A DNA stretch of 64,000 bases from Botryllus schlosseri (GCA_051294905.1 CM119372.1:31250001-31314000), one strand, 5' to 3'; shown: positions 21,970 through 36,412, counted from the first letter of the stretch. Made by a program: numbers and translations. The notes: a model not told the origin generated them from the sequence alone.

Positions 21970-24926
21970 CACGTAATCAGATTTGCCGGCAGAGTTGAGT
22001 GAGGTGTATGGTTTGAAAAAAATAATTAAAAATAATATTAAAATTAAAAATCGCCCAAACGTAGGCCTACTTATCTAAAGACGCATACGATTTCAAATTG
22101 GTATTTCTTCATTCGAAAATCACTTTTTCTCTGCTAGACGGCATTTGTCTTGTGGGGTTAGGATTACCAGGACAGGAACATTATGTGCCAGCCAATTAAA
22201 CAGATATGTGTAATTGTATATATATCGGAGTTTTCGGTCAGTATCACGACCGTCCTTTTTAGCCAAGGTTTTCTCGCTGCCGATCTTTCTTGCACACTTA
22301 TCGGAGTCGCATGTTACGTGTTACATGGCCTAAAACTTTATATGTTTGGGTGCGTCGTGGCGCGGTAATGGCGACGCCGAAATGCCAATTTCTATAAATC
22401 ATGGGTATTTTGGGGGGAAGGGTACGCAGTAATCAAGATATTTGGCAAAAGGTTTTTTGATAAGTTTTTCAAAAATTTTCAAAAATATCCTCTATAATAT
22501 ATTTTCATTCACGAAACATGTTGGCACCCCTTTGAGCTCGCCCCCTCAATTTGGGGGTTTGGGTGCGGCAGTTACGGTCCTGATACTATCTGCTCATTAC
22601 ACCGGTCGAGAACCGCCGCAATAAACGGACAGGCAATAGCCCATACAATCATTTTTTGTGCTATGGATTATTGAGTATAGCAGCAATCATAAACTACCAA
22701 GCATGCGCATGCCTAGGTGCAGCCGTGCGAGTGTAGCACACAATTGAAATTATGAAGTAGTTATATTCTTATACCAAAAATTGACCCCGCAAAGCAAAGT
22801 AGGCCTATCATTGTTTAAAAACCTACAATAGGAATAGGGTTGGACACCAATTCACCGGTATGATGTATAGACAGATTTATTCAGCGATTAGAACGAATCG
22901 CCCAATTACAGCCAGTATAGTAGCAAAATCGATATCCGACCATTTCTGGACATCTGAGTGGGGTGGTTTCCGTTTCGTTTGATGGGTGTCGTGGTAGATT
23001 TTTGATACTACTCAATAAAAATGTGGTCGTTAAAATTCAAGTGCTGCTTGTAACGAAGTAATAGTAGTTCATTTCGAAGATCGATAACATTTTCATACCA
23101 GAGATTCGTCTTTTCTCCATTGTTTATGGGCTAATTAAGCTACCAATTGGAATTTCTCGCGTAGCCATGTGGTTTGAGAACCCACACTATAGTCGGTTCA
23201 CGAGTGGGTATAGCGCCGGTTTCAAAATAACATTGTACAAATTTGTTGGTTCATGAAACATCGTGTGGCAAAGTAGTGTTACTCATTTCAGATCGCATTC
23301 TTTCAGAATAGCGAAACTGACGACAGAAAATGCTTTATCAATATGACCCTGTATTGTGACAGAAGTTACCAAACATCATTTCAACTGTATTCATAATATT
23401 CCTGACGCTTTTCTTTGTTTGCCGTAGCTGTCTTCTCCTAGTCAATTTTTATCATTGTATTGTTGTGATGTATATATTAATTATTTCGCTCTAAGGCATT
23501 CATAATATAATCAACACAATATGGCATTGATTCCTTCTCCAGCGCTGTTATTCACGAGTCTTGAGTCTTGCGCTTGCGTGCAAACTTTAATTTCTATAGA
23601 AACTAACTTGTTGCCAACTATTATATACGCTTCGGGCGTTTCCGGGTTGCGTCTGGTATTGTATCAGAGGGAGTTGGATTTATGAATGGTAGTCACATTG
23701 GAAAATTATGGGAAGCCTCTTGTCGGTACATGAATCGAGTGGCTTAATCCAGTGATATAAACGTGAGGGTCGCAACCTCAAATGGCGTAGTGCAAAAGTT
23801 TTGCGGGCGTCGCGACCATTGTTTTTATCTGATGACAGATTATTTTTAACAAATAAGAAAACTTGATGCATTTTCATATTTCAATAGAAATACAATCAAC
23901 ATTGTCATTGTCACTGTGTCAAGTTAATGATAAATAGTCAGAATGACTGTTAAACAACGGAATTCTGACGTGTCGTCGCACCAACGTTTCTGGTGTGTGC
24001 TCGTGGTAATATAGGATGGACACTGGACACATTATGCGTTGCGTAAAAGCTGCATTCGACCCAGGAGGAAAGTTATAAACCTATGATTTATTTTTCATAT
24101 CTAATTTCATTGCGAATGTATATTTTTATATGGCATTTAAAATCTTGATCGAGGATATGCTCCTTGTATCAGTGGTTTTTAAACTTTTTAGACCACGAAA
24201 CAAATCTGGCTTTCATGAGCATCTCGCGACCCAATTCTCACACATCGAAATGAATGCGCTTTTAATGTTTGTATGCTACGTTTGTATGCACTTATGAATA
24301 GAGCAGGTACAGATACAGACCAACAGTTTTACTCAACGCAGTTCAACGAAACGTGTGTGAACCACATGATTTCAAATCCGGGTACATTGATTTTCCTCTG
24401 TTAGTCGCATTTCATTGCAAGGCACAGATTGCACGGACGATACTATTCGGAAATGAGGTGCTGATCATTTCGACGACCGGGTATATCAATATGGAAGGTT
24501 TTTTCACTCATACAGTGACAGTCATTTTGGGCCAACGTTTTATCACCGAGGATCTTAAACTAGTTTGCTCCGTCTCAGTGTTTCATTCTATAGATTACAC
24601 TGGTCAACAATATGAAAGAAATATTTGGCAGAACATCTGAGAGCTTGAACCGGATTGAACTCAAAACTGAAGAGTGAACACAATGACTTAGACTCGGACG
24701 TGACCCTTTATTCAGTCAGACTTGACTCGGTGGTGAATTGAAAATGACTCGCCTTGACTCGAGTCAAAACTATAAATGTGAGATTGACTTGTTACTCGAA
24801 ACCTTGTTACTTGGTTACAACCCTGGTGCGCGCCTCCAAATCGACATCTGCAAGTGCAGCGTTCACGTTTATCCTTTGGCATCGCTTCATTTAATTCATT
24901 ATTTCTCAAATCTTCCCCGTCGCGTA

Positions 24927-25881
24927 GGGGAGATGTGGTACCGATGGATCAAAAATTGGAAAATGATCGCTGGCCCCAAAATGTTCACCCGAAAACAGCA
25001 GATCTTTTGCTGGCTCAGCACTTTGATACAAGCTCTACCTATCGCGCACATATACATGAATATCCGTCTTTTCAAAAATATTTATGGACGTTCAAAATTT
25101 GTTGCTCGAACGTATCATCGGTCCCCACCCGGTGGGTCCAATGGCACACGACCCGGGGACCTATGACACATATACCCTAAAAAGTCAGATGTGACAACTT
25201 TTTTTGCTCAGTATTATAATCTAAGCTAGAGCAAGTCAAAGAAGAATGTTTGGTCGCAAATATCAAAAAATAGAATAAATAATAACTCAAATGTTGTCAT
25301 AAAATCACGTTTGGATTTATGCTCGAACTTATAAATTTGAGGGTACATACATATTGCCCTAAAATCGACAGTGTGACTTCCAAATACCTCGTTATAGCGA
25401 TAAAACATCATATGCAATTATAACATAAAGAATTTCTGTACGTAGGCATGTTTCATTTGTTTCATGATTAGTATGCTTAATTATTTTGCTTGATTTGGCT
25501 ATTGTATCATCGGTCCCCCCTACGAATTTTACACATGAATCGAAAAAAATTCCACTCAAGGAAGGTACTGAAAAAAATAGATGCCATTATATAGCCTGAT
25601 ACAAGCCCTACACTTCACAATAAAAATGATTGCTGGTTTGTTCGTGTTGAAGGTTACAAAGAAAAATGTATATCTCGATCTAAATTTAGTTTACACCCCC
25701 CAAAACAAAAAACATCTGTGAGAGACCCCATAGCTCGCGCTCGTCTAATTTTTTTGTATGTGAAGAAAGATTTTGCCAGCATGCAATTGTAGACAAGTTC
25801 ACGGAGTGTAATCATGGAATTATCATAGAGAATTTTCAAAGTATTTTCGGTCCCAGTGATCCATCGGTACCACATCTCCCC
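24927..25881. mobile_element. TIR MITE with TA flanks (Tc1/mariner-pogo-like)
   Basis: Perfect 25-bp TIR GGGGAGATGTGGTACCGATGGATCA with TA on both sides. Confidence 0.8.
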
Positions 25882-26823
25882 TACCACTAGTGTGTCTTTT
25901 ACCACACGGCGTACCACTAACTTGTTTTTCACTCCAGGTCGTACCACCGGAATTACTTATTTTACTTGAATGTACCGGTGTTTGTTATTTATTCCTGTTA
26001 TTACTATGCGGCAACACCAACAGATAGCAAGAAAGCACATGTAATGAGACAACTGCAACTGTTTCTTATGCAGAAGCTCGCCAATCTGAGGTACGACATT
26101 ACTCACAGCACTCTTCGCGTACCACCTAAGAAGCTCTCGTGTGTCACTGTGGTACGCATATCACACTTTGAGAACTACTGGCTATAATTATTCATTACTT
26201 AATTTGCTCCACTCACATAAGTACCAGTCCCATTTTGTGATGAACATTTTTCGAACCGCTATATGGGCCATCGGTGTTGTGCTGATGACGAAATTACGAG
26301 TATGACAAATAACCACGTCCCAGAATAGAGTACTGCACGGCATATATCTCGCATACCGAGGTTTGGCGCGTTACATATGAACAATTCGAACGTGTTTAGT
26401 TTAAAAAAGGTGGCGCCAACGAGGTAACAATTCTTAATGGTTTGAACGATAACCGTAAAATGTTGTGAATTCAGCCAAACGTATTAGCATAGCGTTTTAT
26501 AAAATACATCGGAGCCGGAGCTACTTTTTAAACAACCGGCTCTGGCTCCGGCTCCAGTTCCGGCTCCATCAGCATTTTATTTAGAGCTCCGGCTCCAGCT
26601 CCCGCTCTGCTGAAAATACACGGCTCCGGGGCTCCGGCTCCTTGCTCCGGCTCTAAAGCCCCGATCTTAAAGCACTCAACTACAAACAGTTGGTCCGACA
26701 ATTCCTATCTGCATATGGAAAATTTGGAACAAACATAAACATAAAAGTTCACTTCCTGTTCAGTCATCTTGATATATTTCCTGATGATCTTGTTGATTAG
26801 CAAGGTTAGAGGTTCCACCAGGA

Positions 26824-28237
26824 CAGGGGTGGGCAACCTTTTTGCTATTCACGGTCGCATTTCTATTACTTATGTAGCCTACGGCCGCATTCCTGTGCAT
26901 AAGCCGTAATCAACTAACTGGGCGTCAAATACCCATGTTATAACGTCCATGTCCATTTCAGTTGAACTCCAGACTTATCTAATTTCTCATATCGGCTTAC
27001 TATACACACCCAAATCGCGAGTGGCCATGTTTTGAATAATCAACCTGAAAGTGATGGTCGCGCAAAGCGTGGAAATTTTTTCAGATTCACAATTTAATTT
27101 CGCCATCATTATCAGTATATACTCACATATTGCAATCAAATATTTATCCTTTATCATCCCATGTGATCAGATCCACTGGTGGAGTTGATAGAGGTAGTGT
27201 CTTCCGACATTTAGAGCAGTTGTTATTGCGCCTGAACCATAGTGGTTCCGAACCTTTGTGGGTGTCGGGACCACATTTCAAACTTCATAGTTCGAATGGA
27301 GCCGCATGAAAACACTCAAGTATAGGCAACTTATAACGAAAATTTAAATGTAGCTAGCCTACCACTGCTCTCACCATCCAGCTAATTCAAAAGCATGCAC
27401 ATATTGCACTTGGACTTCTATAGATTCTATATCGGTTATTATAACATTGATACAAGCAAATTGGCGAGTACTATAATGTCGTGATGTGATAGCTCTTCAT
27501 ACATTCCTGCACTTTATGCACAAGTTTGCGGGGAATCATACGCTGAGCAATGTTGGATTTCTTGCAATTTACACTTGTTTATGAGCCTTTACTTTGATGT
27601 TAGTAAAATTGTGTCAAAATTTACTCCTCACAGAGACGTTATATAAAGGTGCATGACCAACAGAAACTCAGATACATCGTTGTCTGACGGGTATATATTC
27701 ATCCATGCGATTGACGCCAATCTGCAAGAATTATCTTTCCCAATTTTCAGAAGCGGCCTTGGACGGCTTTAGACATAACTAATGTCCCCCATTTTAGCCT
27801 TCATATACAGAAATTGCCTATAGCTATTCATAGAAACAAGCAACAACTGTCCGCTATTATATTTTGTGGCATATATTTAGAGGTCAATCAGAGCCGCAAG
27901 AATGCTTTCTTGGAGTCGCATGTGGCTCTGAGAGCGGCGGTTGGGAATCACTGGCCTAAACGCATCAGAAACAATTTTTTTTCGTGAGAAGCACACTATA
28001 ACAAGTTGGTATTTATCTGCTGTTCGCGTCTGTACTGTGGGGCTCCGATTGCAAAGGGCACTACCATGAAGTATAGCATTGAATCGCGCGCAGCGCGAAG
28101 AAAACTTCAAGATTATTTAAAATTCAATGATTCAAAATTTCAATTTGCCCGTTGACGGCCGCCAACACATACTGATTAAATTACGTGTCACGGTCGCACA
28201 AGTTTCCTTCTATACGGCCGCCGGTTGCCCACCCCTG
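26824..28237. mobile_element. hAT-type MITE containing a nested MITE (27238-27953)
   Basis: TIRs CAGGGGTGGGCAACC, TSD CACCAGGA/CACCAAGA, empty site visible at ~37890. The inner element has TSD GCCTGAAC/GCCTAAAC. A related copy starts at ~42800. Confidence 0.88.
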
Positions 28238-29057
28238 CACCAAGACATCAAAATAACAAAACGAAGATATTAGAGCAGATGAGATGAACATATTATGACC
28301 GATCATAGCTAGAACCTTTCGAGAACCAGCACTAAATTGCTTACAGGCGAAAATCGTACAAAAACAATTGTGCTTTAAAATAAATTAATATTATTATATT
28401 CCAACTGATTATTTCAAATTTACAATAGGTGGTTGACGTAAAACTGATTGAATTAATGCCATGATGTTTGAGTATCTAGATAAATATTTATATACACACA
28501 TGACTGGAGTTAATTGATGTACATGATATCCGTGGAAGTCGATAACTATGTTAAATCTAATGCCCCTGAATACAGTGCTGTTGCATTATTTTGAATTAAA
28601 AGAGTCTTCTGTGTGTAAAAAATAACAAGTAGATTAAGATTTAAATTTCTAAACTTTAAAGAACGACTGAGCCGATTTTCTATCCATCCATTGCAGCGAA
28701 AATGGGAGATTTTGGTCAAAATAGCCCCATCGGTTATCTCCGAAACAAGAGTCTGTTTGAGAAAACTAAGGTCATATTCGGAATCAGTGCCCTTCAGAAT
28801 CCTTAAAACCACTCTTACTCTGTCTGCCTAAAAATATGTATTGACCCGTGTTATTAATAATAAAAAAAATAAACCTCAAAGAAACTCACGAGAAAAACGG
28901 TTAATGTTTCTGGCAAAGCGTTTGAAAGTAGCTGCCCAAGAATAGACGTGCCACCGACCATAGAACGGCGAGAAGACTAGTAATCACATAACCACGGCTC
29001 TTGATTGGCTAATCGGCTATGCTTCAATGATCACGACAGCAGCAGGTTGCTGATCAG

Positions 29058-29560
29058 CAGTGATGTGCATCGGACGTGCTCGGTAAGTATTCGGACCGAA
29101 TTTCGAATAATATTCTGACAGTCGGATCGGATTCGGATTCTATTGCAGACTTTGTTTCGGATTTTTTCGGATAGTTGTAACTTCTATTACGGATATTTCT
29201 GGATAGTTCTGACCAGACGTAACTTTTGATTTCATTCCAAAAGAAAAAGATCGTCAGCTCGGCAACCAAACGCGGACATTGAACGCCTTATGAAATGACT
29301 GGTAGCACTCTAACGTTGTTCTGTCAAAGGTTCAAGCACATAGAAATCAGCTAACCGTAACAATGGCCATTGTAATGGATATTTGCTAACTTTAACTTAG
29401 CTCATGATATTCAATTGGGATTTTTCGGATTCTGGTCGACATTTGTCGGATTAGCATGGATATTTGGATGAGATTCTTCGGATCCAGAAGGATAGTTTCT
29501 CATAGTCTCAAGCTGTCGGGCGGATTTAGATTCTCAGAATCCAACATCCGCTCATCACTG
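29058..29560. mobile_element. hAT-type MITE rich in TCGGAT motifs
   Basis: TIRs CAGTGATG/CATCACTG, TSD CTGATCAG/CTGATTAG, empty site in the homologous sequence at ~56672. Confidence 0.88.
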
Positions 29561-30936
29561 CTGATTAGGGGCTCAAGAGTCTGATACCGGTGGGGATTCT
29601 TACAGCGCATTGTTGGTAGCTTGGCAGACGATGATTTAAGAATATTTCAGGATATGTTGAGGTAGGAAATACATGATGAACAAACAACAGCTGCTTCACA
29701 AACACCTCTACAGCATGACCGCTTTATTGTGAAGCCTACATGCCTTGTTTTCATCGAGCGAAAGCAAAGGCGCTTATGAAAGTGTCGAACGAATTCCTCG
29801 TTTCAGAAAGTTCGAAAACTAGTTTCCTTCCGGATAAGGACAGGATTCTAGATTTCTGGTGGATGAATGAGCCTTTCTGATTGTTTACTTGGATATTTTC
29901 TCCGACAAATTCGGACCAGCGTAGGTTCATACCGAAAGTTCATAGCACTCTTAATAGCAAACTTCGACGCATTGATGCCGAGGTATAATTAATAAGATAT
30001 AGTGGGCAGGAGCATCATTATTTTATTTAAAAATTTATCAAATCAATACTCCTCACAAGATTGTTATGTAATGAAAAGATAGGATGGTGCCGAAACGGCT
30101 GGGAGTATAGACTTTTAATCATAGGCTACCCACCAATAGAGGCTTGGTCTCGAGCAGGATTTTCTGGGACTAGATTTTAAAATTATAGACGAACTCAAGA
30201 TCCAGATTGGATTAGAGTCCCATTTTATCGAACAATACCTAATCCGGTCTCGGAATCCGTGATTGATCTGGACATATTCGAGAGCTGTACAAATCAACAA
30301 TAGCGTCGTAAGTGGGCGCACATAGGCCTACTCCACGTTAAAAGTTAATGCAGAGCCAGTCCAGCGAATGATTGCCGAGTTTATTAATCACAGTCTGCAA
30401 GCAACTATGCACTTCTCAAAAACAATCTCTTTGGTTGGCAATACCGAACCGTGTGCTAAACGCAACGGGTCAGCTTTGCCGACTTAATATATCAACAGCA
30501 TAAACTGTAGCACATTGCCAAATAATGCGTTGAAAAGTGTTTCCCGTTATAACGGTGGTCCCTATTTTTATTTTTTATTTTGAAAGCAAGTTGTATTGAA
30601 TTGAGCTGAATGTTTGGTTCAAACCGAGGCAGTATATGTCTCATCAGTGAATGCAAGATCATTTTAATATCAGATAAAGGTTAAGATAGTCTGAAGATGA
30701 AAGAACCACACAAGTGTAGTCGAGGTATGATGTTGAAATCCGAAGTATTGATGGTGAATGATATCAAAATGTTTAGTATATTTTTGAAGCGAAAATGCTG
30801 TCAGTAGTTTCTCTGAACCCTGGAATGGTATACTACCCGTTTTTTGTTTGTATATTTGCCAATATTGAATTAGTTTCTCGTGCACCCCAGCGATTCTAGC
30901 CACTGCACTCTGGACACCAAATATATTGTGCTAAAC

Positions 30937-31484
30937 CAGTGGTTCTTCACCTTGTTTCACCCAGCGCCCCTTTCATAACTTTTCATGGTCTGGCGCCCCC
31001 ATATTTTAAGAACTGACGATGGGGTAGCGGTCCAACGTCCAAGTCCAGTTGTTTTTTCGGGTTTCGATTTGACTATTGGAAATATTTCACGTTTGAATCC
31101 CCCCCCCCAATTCCCCGATGACCAGTCGACCAATTAATGATCCAATAATTGTATGCTCTATTTTCAGGATTAAAGCAAGGTTCTCATCACAACTGTTGTG
31201 TACGGGCTCCGAGCCCACTGTACACAGCCCGATTTGGTAGCTCTCGGAAACAAGGATATTTAGTTAATCATTTTTGTCAGATAGCATTTCAATCATGTCT
31301 ACTGTACAAATGGCTCTCACTTTCAAGGACTTGGTATCCTTGTATCCCTATGACAACTAGTACACCATCTGTTCCGTTACGCAATTTTCTTTTGCGCCCC
31401 CACATATCGCCCCCGAGTGTTACTGCCCCCTTTGACATCCAAATCGCCCCAAGGGGATGCTGGCGACATGGTTAAGAACCACTG
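30937..31484. mobile_element. hAT-type MITE
   Basis: TIRs CAGTGGTTCTT/AAGAACCACTG, TSD TGCTAAAC/CGCTAAAC. Confidence 0.85.
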
Positions 31485-32469
31485 CGCTAAACGGGAGGGG
31501 ATTCAACCCAGTATATTTGCACGAACGCTTGAACCTGGGTCATGGTAAAACGGGACAATGGCTTTACATTTGAGGCTACCAGTGTCTTTTGTAATGACAT
31601 TTCATTTAAACCTGTCGGTCAATTATCCTATGCCTTGAACTAAATATATGCCAACAAAATTCCGTAGTTTTCTATATAACTTATATTTCAATTTTGTTAT
31701 TTGTATTTATTTACCTTTCTATTGACAAAACGTGAATAAATAAATTGTGATGAAGCTTTTATTGCTAGTTAAGCTATTTATTATTAAGAGCCATAAATCG
31801 ATCTTGTCTCGATATTGATATTTGTGCAGCATTTTCGATAAAACCAAATGATCACGAAATGCATCATGATCAAGTTTAAAGGCCGTGAGAAATATTTCTT
31901 CGTGCGCATTATCTAGAGAGGGCTGACGCCAAGAAAATAAAACTGAAGTCGCTCGTCAAGATGCTTCATTTAATATTTATAAATACTACCAACTAGCAAT
32001 ATATGTTCTCAAACTACGTTTCTGTTTATGTAGCTTCAACCATCATATATTTGTGTTTTGTTCGAAAGCTTATATGTATCGCAGTGAATTTGACTCGTGC
32101 TTTGTAGTAGGAGTGCACTCATTCTTATATGAACCGTATATAGTTATATATATTGTTGGCGGCATATATGTTAAATTCACTCTTCCCTGTTATACCTCAT
32201 ATGTAGCCTACTGGATATAGAATCAACTACTCCCGATGAAGTAGATCCGATGCTCAACAGATCACTTCGTCGTAACTTTATCTCGTAATTATTTAAATAA
32301 TAATATGTAGGCCTATAGGGCCGAACATACATATATCCCACTGATACTCATTATATATTATAAATTATAATTCTTTGATGAACTTATCTCGCATACTGCA
32401 TGCAATCAATTGACATGTGACTTGTAGAATTTTTACTCCATATAGTATATTATTATGTGTCACAATAAA

Positions 32470-32501
<32 letters not shown>

Positions 32502-32614
32502 GGACTGTGACGTATCAGCGTTTTTCACTATAGGCGTCATTTTGTACACGGCGACTATGAGAACCAGTTTTACAATTAGTTGTCATGACCAATCCAATAT
32601 TTGAACCTCTTTAG

Positions 32615-32803
32615 GAGAAGATGCAGTAGTCATATGGTTTGGCGCTAATGATTCGGAATTAAAGAAGTTCAAACAGCACATGCCGGTGGAACAGTACGCG
32701 TCAAACTTGCGTACGATCGTCGATCATTTTTCATCGTTGGGTATTCCGAGGACACAAACTTTTATTGTATCTCCGCCGACAGTCGATCCAGAGGTGAAAT
32801 TTT
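32615..32803 (+). CDS. IAH1: Internal exon of an SGNH/GDSL esterase, IAH1-like (other exons not found)
   Basis: After a TTTAG acceptor it reads EDAVVIWFGANDSELKKFKQHMPVEQYASNLRTIVDHFSSLGIPRTQTFIVSPPTVDPE, i.e. block III GAND plus QH.P.EQY..NL and SPP as in IAH1. A GTGAGT donor lies at 32804. Confidence 0.75.
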
Positions 32804-35800
32804 GTGAGTGGTGTCGCTATTGTATATCATCTCCGACGGAAACAGACTGCACATGTTATATGTTAATCTTCAATTGCGTTCGTACTTAAGCAATCATTTC
32901 TAATGAAGCCTTCTCGGTTAGGCTGTTCCGACTGCTTTATAAGGCGTAACCGAACCACAGATTGTTCGTTATTTACATTGTTGCAAAATTAATTGTAAAT
33001 CCTACGCTCTTCCTTACTAACCTTACTTTCGTCCTACGTCAGTGGTTCCCAACCGGGGGGAATTCCCCCCTTTGGGGGAATTTTGAAATTTTTAGGGGGG
33101 AATCTGGCTTTAATTTTTTTAGGAGAAATCTGGCTTTGGCAGTGTATCGGAAGATACACTGGGTTCACAAGGTTTTTAGATTTTTATGGTATAGAACTGT
33201 TCCTTGCAATTGTATATTTGTTAGGCGGATTTCAAGCTAGGTGTATGTTTTAATGCCTTCCGTATATATTACACCCCTTGATACAGTGAGGCTCACGAGA
33301 CGATTTCGTTGGGTCTGCGACAGCCTCTCGACCAAATTGTTACTAAGCAGGGAAACATCAAGCCGAATTCAGCACCAGGCCGCTAGTGAAATTGTTTAAC
33401 TGTTTAAGCCAACATATGAGCTAACGTGAAAAACATACGGTACCAAATTGATCGATTCAACTCAAGTCCATAGCAAGCGGACTTGGTGACTTATTTTTCG
33501 TCAGCGGCTACTCGACCGGTCAAAAACAGTTCAAATTTGACTGTACTTTGCCAAAGTTTAGTGCGGTCCGCATTCGCCATAGTTCGGACATATCTGAATA
33601 TGTTTGGCCATTAATTGCTCAGTCAACAAATGGTTGCGCGTTAAAAAGCCCATTTTTTTAGTAACAGCTTAGTGTCCTATATGTTGTCGACACAGGCATA
33701 TCTCACGCCTCAGTGAAATTGATTCACGTCACAATTTCCATTTGACTACAGGCAATTTGACGGTAATTTTTGACCGGCTTGCCGAGCATTAAATTTGGTA
33801 AAACGGATATCAATCGAAAGCTGACTCTGCACTGATTACGGAAATATAAATTTTATTCCGCTCGTGGCCCTGGAACTCCCACAATCAGCCTCGAATTTTT
33901 CATTGTTATGGAGATTGGCATTGGGACGCAACAATGCTGTCTGGCTCTTTTTCTCTTTAGCTACTCTCTCGTTTCGTCAGACAGCATTGTTGCATCCTGA
34001 GATACTCTCTCATTTCGCCAGACAGCATGGTTGCGTCCAAATGCGAATCTCCATAACGATGAAAAATTCGAGGCTGATTGTGGAGTCCAGGGCCACGAGC
34101 GGAATAAAATTTATATTGTTCGTAGCTTTGTACTATATGTCTCGTATGCCGCGACACGGCCAATCAAGGTTTCAAGGCTTCCTCAGTGGAAAATAGTACC
34201 GAAACAATAATTCTCCTTACCAAATTAACTTTCAGTTGCGAGCAGTGTATAATTTCAGTACTCGAAAAAAATCGTATATTACTACTCGACTCGAATCATT
34301 AAAATTAATACTCGATTCAGATTCGAGTACTTGAATCATTGTGCCCTGCCCCAATTACAATCGACCAATGACTATGGGATGGTGAACTCGCATCGCATCA
34401 ACCAATCGCAAGATATTATATTGAAGAACAACTGAAGAATTATATCATGTCTTGCATTAAATTAGGATCTGTGCGATTGTGCTGGACTTTGCCCGATGGC
34501 ATGTTGAACCTATATAGCTAATCGAGTCAGAAGTAAATCAAAATATCCATGCTGACCATATCGATGTTGATTACATCAAGACTTTCACTGGATCTACTAT
34601 AGGCTGAGTGATCCGTAATCAAATTTCATAGCAAACCCAAAAAGGGTGCAACATTTAAAATAAGGTTGACAAGCACTTCTAGAGATTATAATAGCAGACA
34701 TTTCTAGGAGCAGTTCTACTTGGCATTCGGCAACGTCTGGTTTTACGAGAGATGAACCGACTTAATGTATTCATGTCCAAATCTTTTCCCCAATGTAATG
34801 TCTAGATCTAAATCATTAAATTCATTCGAATACTGCCCTTATCTAAGTTCAAATCCATTTTCAAATCCATGTCATTACCCGGATTGCATATCAGACGTTT
34901 TCATTTGAAAAAATCAATCCACCAATTACAAGTTTATGAGGCGTATAATATGGGTATGCAATTGATGTTCCAACGGAGTATATAGGACATTTCGGACACT
35001 TGAAAAGCGAAGAAAAAGTATGTAGACCTGACGATTACAAAGTACTTCATTATTGTAGGGCGGAGATAACAAAGTTGGATTAGCAATGAAGTCGATCATC
35101 GCGGTCGTCAGGATTTATCAACCCAAGATTAGGGAAACCGGTTGATCGCAGCGCATAAAGTCAGAGTTATTCTCATGATTTAACTAACCGGAACAAACTA
35201 TAGATAACTAACTATAAAAACTGCGTACACTGCGTACCATTCCTACGCACAATTATTCCCGATAATGACCGTGCCGATTGTATCCTAGGTAATGGCTTCA
35301 CTAAACAAACAATCAAGGAATCATGAACGCACCATTGCAGAGCGATATCAATATTCTATAATCCGTTTCTTAGCTGTACCGTATAAATTGGACACGACTA
35401 TTATTTCGCGATGATGATAATTCTACCAATACAGTGGCTGTCGCCGTATCGTTTTCAGCAGGCTGCTGTTTCGTTCAACAAATTGACAATTGACAGCCCA
35501 CAACGCGTTTTCGCATTATGATGCAACAGATAACGCCACTTGATTGAAAACTCGGGACACCTCGACTAACCATCGTGCGTAACCTTTTCCAACTTTACTC
35601 GTCGCGATTAGCAGTTTTTAGTCACAGGATTTAGCATTCTCCCGGATCAGCTAACTTTATTATCTCCACCCGTAGTCGCTTTAAAGCACATTTGCACCAC
35701 ACCATTATGAAGCAATGCATGATATTTCATTCAAAATCCAGAGATGAAGCTTTAAGCACATTCTAATATATGTGGAAGAGCTTCTTGAAGGCGTAGAACT

Positions 35801-36412
35801 TCAATATACAATTGAATAGTACATTCATAGTGAAATGAACCCCAATATTTTCGGCTGACACTCAGGGGTAATCGTCAGCAACTAGTAGAGAAATGGAAAG
35901 AACATTGAATATCAACAATCGTGATTCAAAATATGACGTCATTAACACATGTTGGTACACTATTGGATATAACGGTTCAATTATTATTTAAATATTAATC
36001 GCAATCTACTGGGTGTAACGCTGTCCATATTCCCTCCGACAAGAACTCTTTGGTTGATATTATACTGTCTTGATAGATAGTAATTGATGTATATATTCAG
36101 CGTTATAATCGCTGATCGGTATGTTATGTAAACATCACCTATATATGAAACAGAAAACTTTTGATGGAAAATTTTGATAATTGTTTCCGACGATTTTGTT
36201 AAGCATCCAGTGATTGCCATGAGATCAGGCTGAAGCGATATTTTGGTAATAATCTATCGTTATGCCATACATTGGGAGAAACAAAAAAAGCATAAAACAG
36301 ATATAACACATAAAACACCCGCGCCTGTTGTGCGTGCTCTATACCCACGGTCCAGAGTCGACTTTGATTTCCGAAGTTCACAGATTGCTACAGACTTATT
36401 ATTCAACATGAT

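Larger units (their letters stand above)
9277..23985. repeat. Collinear segmental duplicate of the NLR 5' region at ~55622-63660, expanded by insertions
   Basis: Same-strand, same-order matching blocks: 9277-9508/55622-55858, 9962-10495/55860-56407, 13488-14045/56970-57525, 19170-19420/57810-58040, 19630-19815/58065-58255, 20205-20315/58300-58415, 22740-22975/58445-58670, 22985-23985/62665-63660. Confidence 0.9.
24598..28850 (-). mobile_element. Chapaev3-like non-autonomous DNA transposon, inverted relative to 37299-38690 and expanded by nested MITEs
   Basis: CACTGGTCAAC...TTGACCCGTG termini flanked by TTA. Both ends and internal blocks match 37299-38690 in reverse complement. Confidence 0.7.

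Noticed and set aside
27480..27760. Possible relic of a hAT transposase dimerisation domain on the minus strand
   Set aside because: Too degenerate to support without a translated search.
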